Assembly: GCA_965215275.1 (NCBI GenBank)
Contig: OZ244044.1
Span: 576,001 to 640,000, forward strand
Reading direction: 5' to 3'
Source: Thermodesulfobacteriota bacterium
Lineage (GTDB): Bacteria > Desulfobacterota_D > UBA1144 > Nemesobacterales > JAJCZQ01
Length of the DNA: 64,000 bases
Positions 33,501-42,377 of the stretch are shown here, piece after piece (position 1 is the first letter of the stretch; the number at the start of each line of letters is the position of its first letter). The translations under genes and the position numbers were made by a program. Below the pieces are notes generated by a model, which made no database searches, was not told the origin of the DNA, and saw only the letters and a list, made by a program, of their open reading frames with translations.

Positions 33501-33873
33501 CACCACTGCTTCCCACGACGATATAGTACGTTCCCGGAACGAGAGGAGCTGAAATATTCCGATTATCGTTGCTGTCACTTGCTATCAGGTCATCACTGCT
33601 GTCACACAACTGTAAACTGTAATCGAGATTATTACTGGTAAAGACTGTCCTTATAATGACGTCAATATCGGACGCCGGGTCCATCTGAAAGTAATGCAGC
33701 CCGCCGGCACTTTCAAAACTCCCATCGTGTGCCGCTCCGTCCACTGTCAACGTGGCTTCGGTCACTGCACCGGAGTCACAGTTATTATCACTGGTCTGAC
33801 CATAGGCAGCTATGGACGTTAAAAAGCACAGCATAAAAAAGATAAAGGGAATTATATGCATAACTTCATACAC
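27595..33873 (-). CDS. giant surface-anchored kexin/furin-like S8 serine protease with P-domain and 15 Ig-like (He_PIG-type) repeats
   Basis: Signal peptide; triad VAVVDDG / HGTRTGG / GTSFSAP, oxyanion SAGN; P-domain (THTFFADLEIQITSPDG...GEWTLNISD); repeats with LP.GL.F...TR.ISGTP; Pro-rich linker, GGGGGGC, TM, RRKRR. Confidence 0.88.
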   Translation of the reverse strand: MYEVMHIIPFIFFMLCFLTSIAAYGQTSDNNCDSGAVTEATLTVDGAAHDGSFESAGGLHYFQMDPASDIDVIIRTVFTSNNLDYSLQLCDSSDDLIASDSNDNRNISAPLVPGTYYIVVGSSGADQYQLQVITDTRDNTSSSDCEDLITGFPDDPLYGCQWHLNNTGQWRFNGQRITAGEDINVEGVWNDEILASGINVAVVDDGIDSDHEDLADNVNSDLNHDYSGNDNVFSPLGHGTRTGGVIAAVGDNELGVRGVAPQASIYSYNLLDGSNGTSANIADAMTRNHVITAVSSNSWGATDRPSLHNSGRAWELAVETGIREGFGGKGVFYVWSAGNGHTLYDQANFEEYSNYYAVTSVCSVDGFGRKSSFSEEGVSLWICAPGSFITTTANNDRYGFREEGTSFSAPAVSGVAALMREVNGDLSWRDLKLILAASARRNDPTDPGWETGALKYGSDTDSYNYNPKYGFGVVDAEAAVELAENWNRVAQMKTLTASSGNINTAIPDHTGGADGEIISSLNISDTDLFTEFVEINLRFTHTFFADLEIQITSPDGTVSKLSKEHVQGAMVFAFLFGTRTSYTNYTHRFGSAKHLGEDPAGEWTLNISDTASRDVGTLHSWSIKVYGHRSDDTVPSFSSNMITDKEYLTGIAVTETLPEAAGGNGTLIYSLTPALPDGLDFDEATREISGTPTTVTSKTMYTYAATDDEGDTSQIKFGITVGSDVPTFSGETISDKEYVTDTAITETLPVAVGGDGALTYSITPALPTGLIFTPATREISGTPTTAMSKTVYTYTAEDEEGDTDELTFGITVEADRMPDFGSNMIADKEYLTGVAVTEILPAATGGNGTLTYSLAPSDIPVIFSFLPDGLDFDETTREISGTPTTVTSKTMYTYTVIDGDGDTDQIKFGITVGSDVPTFSGETISDKEYVTDTAITETLPVAVGGDGALTYSITPALPAGLIFTPATRVLSGTPESASSGTYTYTVRDEEGDTADLTFGITVETDSMPEFGGNMIADKEYVAGKTTNLPVTLPEATGGNGTLRYTITPDLPAGLDFDETTREISGTPTTATNKRMYTYTVTDKDGDSDDLTFGITVEADSMPDFGGNMIADKEYVAGKTANLPVTLPEATGGNGDLIYSLNPSLPAGLIFTPATREISGAPTAAMPKDTYTYTVRDKDGDTDDLTFGITVEADSLPDFGGKMIGDQEYIAGKTTNLPVTLPEATGGNGTLRYTITPALPAGLDLNEITRVLSGTPTTAMPEDTYTYTVTDKDGDTDDLMFGITVAADDRPTFSETIDDQEYVAGTATNLPVTLPAAAGGNAPLTYSITPILPAGLNFSASTRVISGTPVSASSGTYTYTVRDKDGDRFELRFGITVEADTEPTFGGEMIADKEYLTGIAVTEILPEATGGNGALRYSITPTLPTGLNFNASTPPHREISGTPTTAASRTVYTYTVTDEDGDTDELSFGITVAANEEPAFSDAITDQEYIAGKTTNLPVTLPAAAGGNAPLTYSLTPKLPTGLYFNASTRVISGTPASASSGTYTYTVRDKDGDTADLSFGITVAANEEPSFSDTIANQEYIAGKTTNLPVTLPAAAGGNAPLTYSLTPALPTGLIFTSATREISGTPATAMSKDTYTYTVEDIDGDTADLSFGITVAANEEPSFSDTIANQEYIAGKTINIPVTLPEAAGGNGTLTYSLTPKLPTGLDFNENTREISGTPATAMSKDTYTYTVEDIDGDTAKLTFGITVTANEEPTFSDMIDDQEYIAGKTINLPVTLPAAAGGNGTLTYSITPGLPAGLIFTPATREISGTPTTAASRTVYTYTVTDVDGDTAELMFGITILADAMPTFSGETIDDKEYIAGSSITPVTLPAATSGNGGLRYSITPALPTGLSFNSATQEISGTPTTAMHETPYTWSVTDVDGDTAELMFRITIEEDSTPDLDGTTISTQMEYTAGRPITLPEATGGNPPVTYSITPDLPAGLSFNEVTREISGTPTRASTDTYRYIVTDRNGDTDEVSFILIVEAPPAPPPPPNPRPRPAPDTEAGGGGGGCAVSDQSNVVPDLLGVMACLILIPVSVAIRRKRRYQIKT
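27795..31975 (-). repeat. 15 tandem Ig-like coding repeats of about 270-300 bp
   Basis: Counted 15 units of about 90-100 aa (P.F....I.D.EY...LP.A.GGN...Y...D.DGD...FGITV); some blocks are identical at DNA level. Confidence 0.9.
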
Positions 33874-34087
33874 GAATAAGTCGTCAGCATCCCGCTTTGC
33901 ATGAAAAGCGGTCTCAACGACGTATCAGGATATCCGTTATAACGGTACAGTCGCTGACTGCTTTGTTTTATATTCATCAGATCCGGACTTACCCGTTTTA
34001 CTGATAAGGTTACCGGTTTTTCATAAAGTAAACCTCTGATCCCTGACGTAACGTCCATGAGTTGATTTCAGCTCACCTGATCTTCCA

Positions 34088-34954
34088 TTACCGGCTGTCC
34101 AGTAACTTTATTTCAAAAACCTTCGGCCAAAGTTTACCGGTTACAAATATCCTGCCCTTCTGCTTATCAAAGGCAATACCATTGAGAACCCCGACCTTAC
34201 CGCCTGCCTTGACCATGTAATGAAGATTTGACAGGTCGTACCGGTCAATGACCTTTCCCGTACCGGGGTCTACAGAGATTATTTTATTAGATTTCCATAT
34301 ATTTGCATAAATTTTTCCGTTTATGTATTCAAGTTCGTTAAGCAGGTTCACCGCCCTGCCATTGTAAGAGACCGTAATTACCCTGGCTTGCTCCAGGGAT
34401 ACAGGATCGTAAAAGAAAAGTCTGTCCGTGCCATTACTTATTATAAGGCTTTCTCCATCGTTGGTTATTCCCCACCCCTCAAAAGGATAATCAAAATAGC
34501 CAACTATATTGAAGTCCTCAATATCATATATTATCCCGGTCATCGCCTTCCAGGTCAGCTGGTAGATCATGTCGTTCAACACGGTTATTCCTTCACCAAA
34601 AAGGTCACGCGGGAGATCGTGGATCTTTTCGACCCTGCCAGTTCGCAGATCGATCTTACGCAGTGACGACCTGCCGTACAGACCAGTGCCTTCATACAGA
34701 TTACCGTTGTAAAATACAAGCCCCTGTGTAAACGCATCCTCACTATGAGGATATGATCTGATCACCGATACGCTTTTTATGGTGGATAAAGCAGATGCAC
34801 TCCCTGCATATGACGCACACGGAACTGTCAGGACAAACGCCAGTACGGTAAAGACAGCGTGATCGGCCCCTGAGCTAAACAACCTCATTTGAAGGTAAAT
34901 TAAATACTTCCTGAAAAAACTGCAAATCATACGGTTAAGCACCAATGCTCTCAA
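34088..34954 (-). CDS. glutaminyl-peptide cyclotransferase
   Basis: YPHSEDAFTQGL, EGTGLYG, FGEGIT, QLTW, EGWGIT, LNELE, LNGIA, TGKLWP; start uncertain. Confidence 0.92.
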   Translation of the reverse strand: MRALVLNRMICSFFRKYLIYLQMRLFSSGADHAVFTVLAFVLTVPCASYAGSASALSTIKSVSVIRSYPHSEDAFTQGLVFYNGNLYEGTGLYGRSSLRKIDLRTGRVEKIHDLPRDLFGEGITVLNDMIYQLTWKAMTGIIYDIEDFNIVGYFDYPFEGWGITNDGESLIISNGTDRLFFYDPVSLEQARVITVSYNGRAVNLLNELEYINGKIYANIWKSNKIISVDPGTGKVIDRYDLSNLHYMVKAGGKVGVLNGIAFDKQKGRIFVTGKLWPKVFEIKLLDSR

Positions 34955-34983
34955 TAATTTTTTAATTTTCTTGTCTTATCCTG

Positions 34984-35048
34984 AAAATTTAGGTATAGTT
35001 AAAAATATTATTAGTATACATAAATAAATTTTTATGCTTTACAAAAAT
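34984..35048. promoter_or_regulatory. AT-rich imperfect palindromes, candidate DtxR/MntR-family operators
   Basis: AAATTTAGGTATAGTTAAAAAT and following imperfect dyads upstream of the regulator-transporter operon. Confidence 0.4.
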
Positions 35049-35139
35049 ATTATTCAGTCAGTTTTAGTTTTACAAGAAGTCATTTATTAAACGGCGGGTT
35101 CTCATAATAACAGTTGCCGATGATCCGGAGATAATAAAG

Positions 35140-35805
35140 ATGCTTACTCGATCAATAGAAGATTATTTAAAGGTCATTTATGAAGTTCAGCAGGAGAACG
35201 AAAAAGTTACAACTAACTCCCTGTCCAGGAAGTTAAACGTGGCACCTGCTTCGGTTACCGGCATGATCAAGAGACTGTCGTCAAGAAAGCTGATCACTTA
35301 TAAGAAATACCAGGGGGTAAATCTAACTCCCTCAGGGGAAAAGATAGCTCTGGAAATAATAAGACATCACAGGCTCATTGAGCTTTATCTTAAGGAGGCA
35401 CTTGGTGTGACCTGGGACAAGGTTCACGAGGAAGCAGAAAAACTGGAGCACGTAATATCAGAGGATATAGAGAACAGAATGGATGAATTCCTTGGTCATC
35501 CGACCTCAGACCCGCACGGGTCCCTGATCCCGGGAAGGAACGGGGAACTCATTGAAAGAGAATGTACAAGACTGATAGAGGTAAAACCCAGATGCACGGC
35601 CGTGGTAGCGGAGGTCAGTGACCATGACCCCGATCTGCTCAGATATCTGGGAAAGCTCGGTTTTTATCCGGGGACGGTCATCAGGATCGATTCCATTGAA
35701 CCTTTTGACGGACCAATGAAGATAGAGATCAACGACAGGACCGAGTTCATAGGCGTGGAAGTAGCCAGGTATATATCAGTAACGGAAGTTCAAATAGCAC
35801 AGTAA
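35140..35805 (+). CDS. DtxR/MntR-family metal-dependent repressor with FeoA-like C-terminal domain
   Basis: EDYLKVIY, PASVTGMIKRL, RHHRLIELYL, HEEAEKLEH, DPHG. Confidence 0.93.
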   Translation: MLTRSIEDYLKVIYEVQQENEKVTTNSLSRKLNVAPASVTGMIKRLSSRKLITYKKYQGVNLTPSGEKIALEIIRHHRLIELYLKEALGVTWDKVHEEAEKLEHVISEDIENRMDEFLGHPTSDPHGSLIPGRNGELIERECTRLIEVKPRCTAVVAEVSDHDPDLLRYLGKLGFYPGTVIRIDSIEPFDGPMKIEINDRTEFIGVEVARYISVTEVQIAQ

Positions 35806-35817
35806 ACAAGAAAGCCG

Positions 35818-36759
35818 ATGAGACCAGTCGTACCGATCCTGATAATTTTTTCACTGCTGTCCTGTTTTCAGAGCAGCGGTCCGGGCACTGAAGAAGATAT
35901 ATCACAGAAGATCAACGTTGTAACGACGACCGGGATGATAAATGACGTCGTTCTCAATCTGGGCGGAGACAAGGTCAGCACGCGATCCCTTATGGGACCA
36001 GGCGTTGACCCTCATCTTTACAAGGCGAGTGCATGGGACGTTCAGACATTGCTGAAAGCCGACGTTATCCTGTACAACGGACTGAACCTTGAAGGCAAAA
36101 TGACCGAAGTGTTCAGGAACATGTCCAGGCGTGGTATTTCCACTACAGCCGTTGCCGAGGAACTGGAAAGATCCAGACTCCAGAGGCCCGAATCCCTTCA
36201 AGGCTATTATTACGACCCGCACATATGGTTTGACGTGGAACTCTGGACGGACGTGGTAAAGGTCATAAAGGACGTGTTGATCAGACAGGACCGTCAGAAC
36301 AGCAAGATCTACACGGCCAACGCGGAAATCTATAAAAACAAACTAAAAGACCTGCAGGGATACGTACATGAAAGGACACATGCACTGCCCGGAGAAAAAA
36401 AAGTGCTCGTCACCGCACATGACGCGTTCGGATACTTCGGGACCGCCTACGGTTTCGAGGTTATAGGACTTCAGGGTATCAGCACTGATTCAGAGGCAGG
36501 CGTGGCAGACGTGCAGGGATTATCAAAGTTAATAGCTGAAAGAAAGATCCCCGCCATATTCGTTGAGTCATCCGTTTCACCAAAGTACATCGAGGCCGTA
36601 AAAAAGGCCGTAAAGGCAAGAGGATTTGACGTCAGGATCGGAGGGACGCTGTATTCTGACGCCCTGGGAGATCCGGGAACGCCTGAGGCGGAATATATAG
36701 GTATGTTCAAGCACAACGTAGACACGATCGTGGACGCTCTAGGTCATGAAGGAAGATAG
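35818..36759 (+). CDS. Mn/Zn ABC transporter substrate-binding lipoprotein (TroA-like)
   Basis: Lipobox LLSC, GVDPHLY, DPHIWFD, TAHDAFGYF, LYSDALG. Confidence 0.93.
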   Translation: MRPVVPILIIFSLLSCFQSSGPGTEEDISQKINVVTTTGMINDVVLNLGGDKVSTRSLMGPGVDPHLYKASAWDVQTLLKADVILYNGLNLEGKMTEVFRNMSRRGISTTAVAEELERSRLQRPESLQGYYYDPHIWFDVELWTDVVKVIKDVLIRQDRQNSKIYTANAEIYKNKLKDLQGYVHERTHALPGEKKVLVTAHDAFGYFGTAYGFEVIGLQGISTDSEAGVADVQGLSKLIAERKIPAIFVESSVSPKYIEAVKKAVKARGFDVRIGGTLYSDALGDPGTPEAEYIGMFKHNVDTIVDALGHEGR

Positions 36760-37510
36760 ATCAGCATTAAACGTTACGGACCTGACGGTTGCTTATGATA
36801 ACAAACCCGCCTTGTGGGATATTGACCTTAACGTTCCCAGAGGCGTCCTAATGGCGATCATAGGTCCGAACGGTGCAGGTAAGACAACGCTGATAAAAGC
36901 GATCCAGGGTCTGGTGCCAATTACGGCAGGAAGGGTGCTGATCTTTGGAAAACCGTATCATGAAAACAGAAAACTGGTCTCATACGTCCCGCAGCGCGGA
37001 AGCGTTGACTGGGACTTTCCGACAAGCGTGCTTGACGTTGTCAAGATGGGTACGTACGGCTCCCTGGGATGGTTCAGACGTCCCGGTAAAAAGGAGCACT
37101 TACTCGCACTTGAAGCTCTTGAAAAGGTCGGAATGACCGAGTTTCAGAACAGACAGATAAGCAAACTCTCGGGCGGACAGCAGCAGAGGGTCTTTCTTGC
37201 AAGAGCACTGGTGCAGAACGCTGAAATATATATAATGGACGAACCCTTTCAGGGAGTTGACGCCACTACGGAAAAAGCGATCATCTCCATTCTGAAGGAG
37301 ATCAGATCGCTGGGAAAGACCCTTCTGATCGTTCATCACGACCTGCAGACCGTCAGGGAATATTTCGACAGCGTCGCACTTCTGAACGTCAGATTGATCG
37401 AGAGCGGGAACGTGCAGGACGTCTTTAACCCGGAAAAACTGGCCAACACCTACGGAGGCAGTATCAAGTACATTGAGAAAAAATTCAATCAGATAAGTTC
37501 GGTTTTTTAA
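36746..37510 (+). CDS. metal ABC transporter ATP-binding protein (TroB-like)
   Basis: GPNGAGKTT, LSGGQQQRV, MDEP, VHHDL. Confidence 0.94.
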   Translation: MKEDRSALNVTDLTVAYDNKPALWDIDLNVPRGVLMAIIGPNGAGKTTLIKAIQGLVPITAGRVLIFGKPYHENRKLVSYVPQRGSVDWDFPTSVLDVVKMGTYGSLGWFRRPGKKEHLLALEALEKVGMTEFQNRQISKLSGGQQQRVFLARALVQNAEIYIMDEPFQGVDATTEKAIISILKEIRSLGKTLLIVHHDLQTVREYFDSVALLNVRLIESGNVQDVFNPEKLANTYGGSIKYIEKKFNQISSVF

Positions 37511-37512
37511 TT

Positions 37513-38631
37513 ATGGTCCTTGAAGAGCTCATATTTGATTACACGTTAAGGAACATAGCTTTCGGGTCAGGCGTACTGGGTATCGTAAGCGGCTTTCTGG
37601 GTACCATAGTCGTGCTCCGAGAACAAAGTCTGCTGGGAGATACGATGTCCCACGCCGCTCTTCCCGGTATTGCGGCAGCGTTCCTGATATTCAGCACCAA
37701 GCACACCTTCGTTCTTATTCTCGGGGCAGGGACGGCAGCTTTGCTGGCAACTCTCTGTATCCACGTGACCGTTAATTATTCCAAGATAAAGTTCGATTCC
37801 GCACTTGCGATCTGGCTTTCGACTTATTTCGGTCTGGGGCTCGTTCTGCTGACGATGATACAGCATCTTCCAAACGCCAATCAGGCGGGTCTGGACAAAT
37901 TCATTTTCGGACAAGCCGCTGCCCTGACCCACGACGACCTGAGAACGATGATAATATTAGGGGTGATCTCCATTCTTGTTACACTTCTGCTCTGGAAAGA
38001 GATCAAGATACTGATCTTCGACCCAACGTACGCAAAAAGCCTGGGAATAAACGTCACTCTTATCAGTTCAGTTCTGATAGTCCTGATCGTCATAGCAATA
38101 ATGATCGGACTTCAGACGGTCGGGGTCATTCTGATGAGCTCAATGCTCATTGCCCCGGCATTAGCTGCAAGGCAGTGGACCGACCGTTTCAGTCTGATGG
38201 TCGTACTTGCAGCCGTTTTCGGATCGACCGCCGGAATGCTCGGTTCCGTTCTGAGCAGTAAGGTCACGCAACTGCCGACCGGACCGGCAATAATAGTATG
38301 TGCGTCAGCAATAGTGCTCCTTTCCATAGCCTTTTCTCCCAAATACGGTCTGATCTCCAGAAAAGTGAAGGACTACCAAGGAAAAAGAAAGATCAGATTA
38401 GACACCATACTGGTTAACCTGCTTAAACTTTCCGAAAATCACAACGACCCGTTCCATCCCCATTCGATCGGCGTTCTGAGAACGATGGACGAAGATCGGA
38501 CGCACGTGGACGCAGGGCTGAAAAAACTGCAGAAACAAAGACTCGTTACAAGTATCGGAGAGGACGAGTGGGCTCTCACGAGGCTGGGGTACGACAGGGC
38601 AAGGAACGACCTAAGGATCCTGGAAAGATGA
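37513..38631 (+). CDS. metal ABC transporter permease (TroC-like) with soluble C-terminal extension
   Basis: GDTMSHAALPG, LPTGP, multiple TMs. Confidence 0.92.
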   Translation: MVLEELIFDYTLRNIAFGSGVLGIVSGFLGTIVVLREQSLLGDTMSHAALPGIAAAFLIFSTKHTFVLILGAGTAALLATLCIHVTVNYSKIKFDSALAIWLSTYFGLGLVLLTMIQHLPNANQAGLDKFIFGQAAALTHDDLRTMIILGVISILVTLLLWKEIKILIFDPTYAKSLGINVTLISSVLIVLIVIAIMIGLQTVGVILMSSMLIAPALAARQWTDRFSLMVVLAAVFGSTAGMLGSVLSSKVTQLPTGPAIIVCASAIVLLSIAFSPKYGLISRKVKDYQGKRKIRLDTILVNLLKLSENHNDPFHPHSIGVLRTMDEDRTHVDAGLKKLQKQRLVTSIGEDEWALTRLGYDRARNDLRILER

Positions 38632-39740
38632 ACGCCGCTCAGATAGAAATACTTATAATCGCCGTTCTTGTATCTTCCTCATGCGCGGTAATAGGTAATT
38701 TTTTAATACTGAGGTCCATGGCAATGATGTCAGATGCAATAAGTCATTCGGTCCTGCTTGGGATCGTTCTTGTATTTTTTATCGTACAAAGCCTGAACTC
38801 GCCATTTCTGATCATAGGAGCCACGCTCAGCGGCCTGGCGACCGTCCTGCTGGTAGATATTTTCAATCGGAAAAAGTACATAAAGAAAGATGCCGCGATC
38901 GGACTCGTGTTCCCCCTTCTGTTCAGTATAGCGATCATAATCATCTCCAGGTACGCAAGGAACGTACACATTGATATAGACACCGTTCTGCTTGGTGAAC
39001 TCGCGTTTGCCCCTTTTAACAGATTTGTGGTATATGGGATTGATATAGGACCAAAATCCCTCCTCGTTATGGCGACCTTGTTCGTTGTTAACGTTATGTT
39101 CGTCACCGCTTTTTACAAGGAACTTAAAATAACCACCTTTGACCGGGCCTTATCAAAGTCGTTCGGATTCCTGCCCTCCCCTATCAATCTCGGATTGATG
39201 ACAATGGTATCGGTTACGTGCGTGGCCGCTTTTGACGCCGTAGGTTCCGTGCTCGTTATCGCCTATATGATAATCCCTCCGGCAACCGCGTTCTTGATAA
39301 CTGAAAGATTATCCCTTATGATCCTTATCAGCGTAGTGGTTGGAGTACTTGCGTCTTTTACCGGCTTTCTTCTGGCAAATTTAATAAACGCCAATATTGC
39401 GGGAACCATATCGGTCGTCTGTGGAGCGCTTTTTATCCTGACGATGCTTTTTTCACCCAGGAACGGAATAATATTCAATATGAGAGAAAAGGTCAGAAAA
39501 AGATGGATCTTTGCACAAAACCTGCTTCTTTTTCACCTCTCAAACCATGAAGGAGAGCCGGATTATGATCGTGAATCAAGGATTTCACATCTATATGACC
39601 ATATGCTCTGGAGCGAAAAATTCGGGAAAAAGGTCATAAGTATGGCCCAGAAGAACGGATTTATCTTGATATCGGACGAGAACCTGGTCCTGACGGCAAA
39701 AGGGAAAAACCACGTTAAGGACATAGACCTGTCTTATTGA
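38628..39740 (+). CDS. metal ABC transporter permease (TroD-like) with soluble C-terminal extension
   Basis: DAISHSVLLG, YKELKITTFD; ATGA overlap with the preceding gene gives the start at 38628. Confidence 0.92.
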   Translation: MNAAQIEILIIAVLVSSSCAVIGNFLILRSMAMMSDAISHSVLLGIVLVFFIVQSLNSPFLIIGATLSGLATVLLVDIFNRKKYIKKDAAIGLVFPLLFSIAIIIISRYARNVHIDIDTVLLGELAFAPFNRFVVYGIDIGPKSLLVMATLFVVNVMFVTAFYKELKITTFDRALSKSFGFLPSPINLGLMTMVSVTCVAAFDAVGSVLVIAYMIIPPATAFLITERLSLMILISVVVGVLASFTGFLLANLINANIAGTISVVCGALFILTMLFSPRNGIIFNMREKVRKRWIFAQNLLLFHLSNHEGEPDYDRESRISHLYDHMLWSEKFGKKVISMAQKNGFILISDENLVLTAKGKNHVKDIDLSY

Positions 39741-39810
39741 AACCCCCTACCGCAATGAAACCAACGAAACGGATCTCATAACTCCGTTTATCCTGGGTCG
39801 CTGAAGGGAC

Positions 39811-40713
39811 CTAGGTAGAAAAACCTTCCCTGGACAGCCAGGATAAGATCACATCGACCGTACTTTCAGGGTTTTCCATACAGTCATGTCTGGCATTGGG
39901 AATGTACCTGAGTATAACGTTCTCGTTTCCGGCTTTATTGAGTATCTCCTTCAGGTCCTTTGGTTCCCAGAGGTCGACTATATCGTCGCTTTCACCATGG
40001 ATAAACAGAATGGGGACCTTAACCTTTGATATATGCCTGTAGGTCTTGGCAAGGTCAGCCTCGGGACTTCTCATAAACCACCACGTTCTGTAAGAGAACA
40101 TCTCTATATCGCCCGGACCGTAAGAATTTCCCCATGCCTTGTAAACTATAAACAGCTGGTCGTTCTTACTGCTGTCAGGGTCCTGGCCGAGGATCTGCTT
40201 CGCCCGTTTGTATATATCATCGTACTGGGGAACGCTGTTGAATTTCTTCAGTCTCCTTTTCTGTGAATCAGGTAACGAATAGGAACATCCTTCAAGTATC
40301 AGTCCTTTTATATCCTCACCACCGCTTTGGGTCACGTAATACACCGCCAGATTGGCACCAAGACTGTAGCCCAGAACGTATATGTTCTCAAACCCGTTCC
40401 TTATGAGAAGCTTCACGGACTCTTCTATATCCTGTCCGGCTTCATGATAGATGCCTTCACCAAATATCTGTCCTAAAAACCCCATTCTCGTGTTAATGGA
40501 AAGCGTGCTTATACCCCTTTCAAGTAACATGGGTGGAAGTATCTGAGGAGTACCCCGTGCGAGAAAATTGCCCAGTACCCCGTGTACATTGATAATTATC
40601 GGCTTCCTGAACATCTCCTTACTGTTTTTAAATTCAGGAGTGGTTAAAAGAGCGTTAATTTCAAATCCGTCCGGGGCGTTATAAGTTAATAATCTACGCT
40701 GTTTAGCTATCAT
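39811..40713 (-). CDS. alpha/beta-fold hydrolase
   Basis: HGVLGNF, nucleophile elbow GYSLG, HGESDD, ARH. Confidence 0.8.
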   Translation of the reverse strand: MIAKQRRLLTYNAPDGFEINALLTTPEFKNSKEMFRKPIIINVHGVLGNFLARGTPQILPPMLLERGISTLSINTRMGFLGQIFGEGIYHEAGQDIEESVKLLIRNGFENIYVLGYSLGANLAVYYVTQSGGEDIKGLILEGCSYSLPDSQKRRLKKFNSVPQYDDIYKRAKQILGQDPDSSKNDQLFIVYKAWGNSYGPGDIEMFSYRTWWFMRSPEADLAKTYRHISKVKVPILFIHGESDDIVDLWEPKDLKEILNKAGNENVILRYIPNARHDCMENPESTVDVILSWLSREGFST

Positions 40714-41640
40714 CTAATTTCTGAATCTTCTATCCAGCCACCTGACTATAATATCTCCCAGTTCCTCTTCCTTACCCGAAAGCTGATGACCCGTGTTCAG
40801 ATAAAAGGCGGACACGTCGTCATTACCGGCTTCAATAGCGACCTGGGCCAGATCGTGCATCTCGTGAGAGCGTACGAACTCGTCGCTCCAGCCCTGTATA
40901 AGCAAGATCGGTTTGGTTATGTTCCTTATCTGAACGTACCCCTTTGCATCCTCGGCTTCCGGACCTGCCAGATACCACCAGGTCCTGTAGGTGTAAACCT
41001 CGGTATGATGCGGTCTGAAAGTATCTCCCCTTGCCTTATATATCAGTATCGTTCTGTCATGGTCCGGCGCCTTTGGTCTTGACTTCAGTATCTGTTTCGC
41101 TTCCTCATAAACCTCATCGTACGAAGGTTTGCTGCCGTAATGATCCCAGCGCCTTTTGATGGAGTCGGGCATTGAATAAGGCGTTGCCAGAGCTATAACG
41201 CCTTTTAATGCTTTCAGATCATTTCTGGCCGAGGAATATTTAATAACTATACTTCCGCCAAGACTGTAGCCGGAAACGATTATTTTAGTATAGCCACTTT
41301 TTTCAAGATAGCGGATAACCCCGTCTATTTGAGGAATGGTATCCTCCAGAATGCCGTAGCCGAAGAACAGGCCAAAATTGGCCATCCTGGTATTTATAGC
41401 AATCGAAGAATAACCAGCTTTTGCAAGTATAGGTGGCAGAAACCGCTGACTTCCGTCAAGGAAGTTTCCCAAAAAACCATGAACGTGAACCACGATCGGT
41501 TCCTTGTCTTCAGTATCACTGTGTTTGAGAGCTTTGTAAAAAAGAGCGTTTACCTTACTTTTGCCAACTGGAATAGAGATCAGCTCCTGTTCCATATACT
41601 TCATGTTAACTGCCTCATCGGTCATAGAAAGATCTGCCAC
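40714..41640 (-). CDS. alpha/beta-fold hydrolase, paralog of neighbour
   Basis: HGFLGNF, GYSLG, QGWSDE, TGH; shares YS.PDS and YRTWW with 39811-40713. Confidence 0.8.
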   Translation of the reverse strand: MADLSMTDEAVNMKYMEQELISIPVGKSKVNALFYKALKHSDTEDKEPIVVHVHGFLGNFLDGSQRFLPPILAKAGYSSIAINTRMANFGLFFGYGILEDTIPQIDGVIRYLEKSGYTKIIVSGYSLGGSIVIKYSSARNDLKALKGVIALATPYSMPDSIKRRWDHYGSKPSYDEVYEEAKQILKSRPKAPDHDRTILIYKARGDTFRPHHTEVYTYRTWWYLAGPEAEDAKGYVQIRNITKPILLIQGWSDEFVRSHEMHDLAQVAIEAGNDDVSAFYLNTGHQLSGKEEELGDIIVRWLDRRFRN

Positions 41641-41674
41641 GATACAAGTTCTAATATGGAACAGATTACAACAA

Positions 41675-41965
41675 TTATATGATATTTTCCAACACGGCGT
41701 GGTCGCTTCTTATATCGTCAGCATGTGATTTTGCCTCTTCCCATGTCTTACATTTGCAGTACTCGGCAACCCTTTCAGAACGAGAGGACTTCAATAACAA
41801 CGTGTCAGATTTTGAATCCCAGATGATCTGCCAGTTATCCTCCTTGAAGTTCCTCACCCATCCAAACGGAAATGACGCTGCAAGTCCAATTCCACGCTCG
41901 TTTTTCATTGACGTTCCTGACAACCTCACCGGCACCAAAGTACCCTTTAAATCTGGCTCCAACAA
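41675..41965 (-). CDS. hypothetical protein
   Basis: Co-oriented with the downstream hydrolases, plausible composition; no motif recognised; start uncertain. Confidence 0.4.
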   Translation of the reverse strand: MLEPDLKGTLVPVRLSGTSMKNERGIGLAASFPFGWVRNFKEDNWQIIWDSKSDTLLLKSSRSERVAEYCKCKTWEEAKSHADDIRSDHAVLENII

Positions 41966-42377
41966 GACTGCATTCTATCTTTGCAGTACATGTTCCAGGG
42001 TACCTCACGGCATCCGTCCCTGATGACCGGTTTCTGTCCTGCATTTCACTTTTATACCCTCTGTGAAAGACAAACAGATACCATGCTGCTGCCAAGCGGA
42101 TAAAACAAAAATATAAACTGGAACACGGGTTTAAATGGGCTTTTCACAGCACAAACACCAGCCGGTCATCAGCTTAGGGGTTCATATACTCTATCAGACA
42201 AATCCTTGTAACTGCTTGCTTTTCTTATTTTTCTTTGGGAATTACACCGAATAGCTGACAACCCACGGATCATTCCTCTTTTTCCTCTCCATAATACCCT
42301 GTTCAAGATCCGTTTTACCCATAAGGAACTTAATAACGCTGTCAGACGCTGTCTCGTTCATTATCTGATCCCTTATG

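Noticed and set aside
33874..34087. Hairpin-forming sequence upstream of the protease, possible riboswitch
   Set aside because: One stem (CCGCTTT...AAAGCGG) is visible but it matches no riboswitch consensus I recognise.
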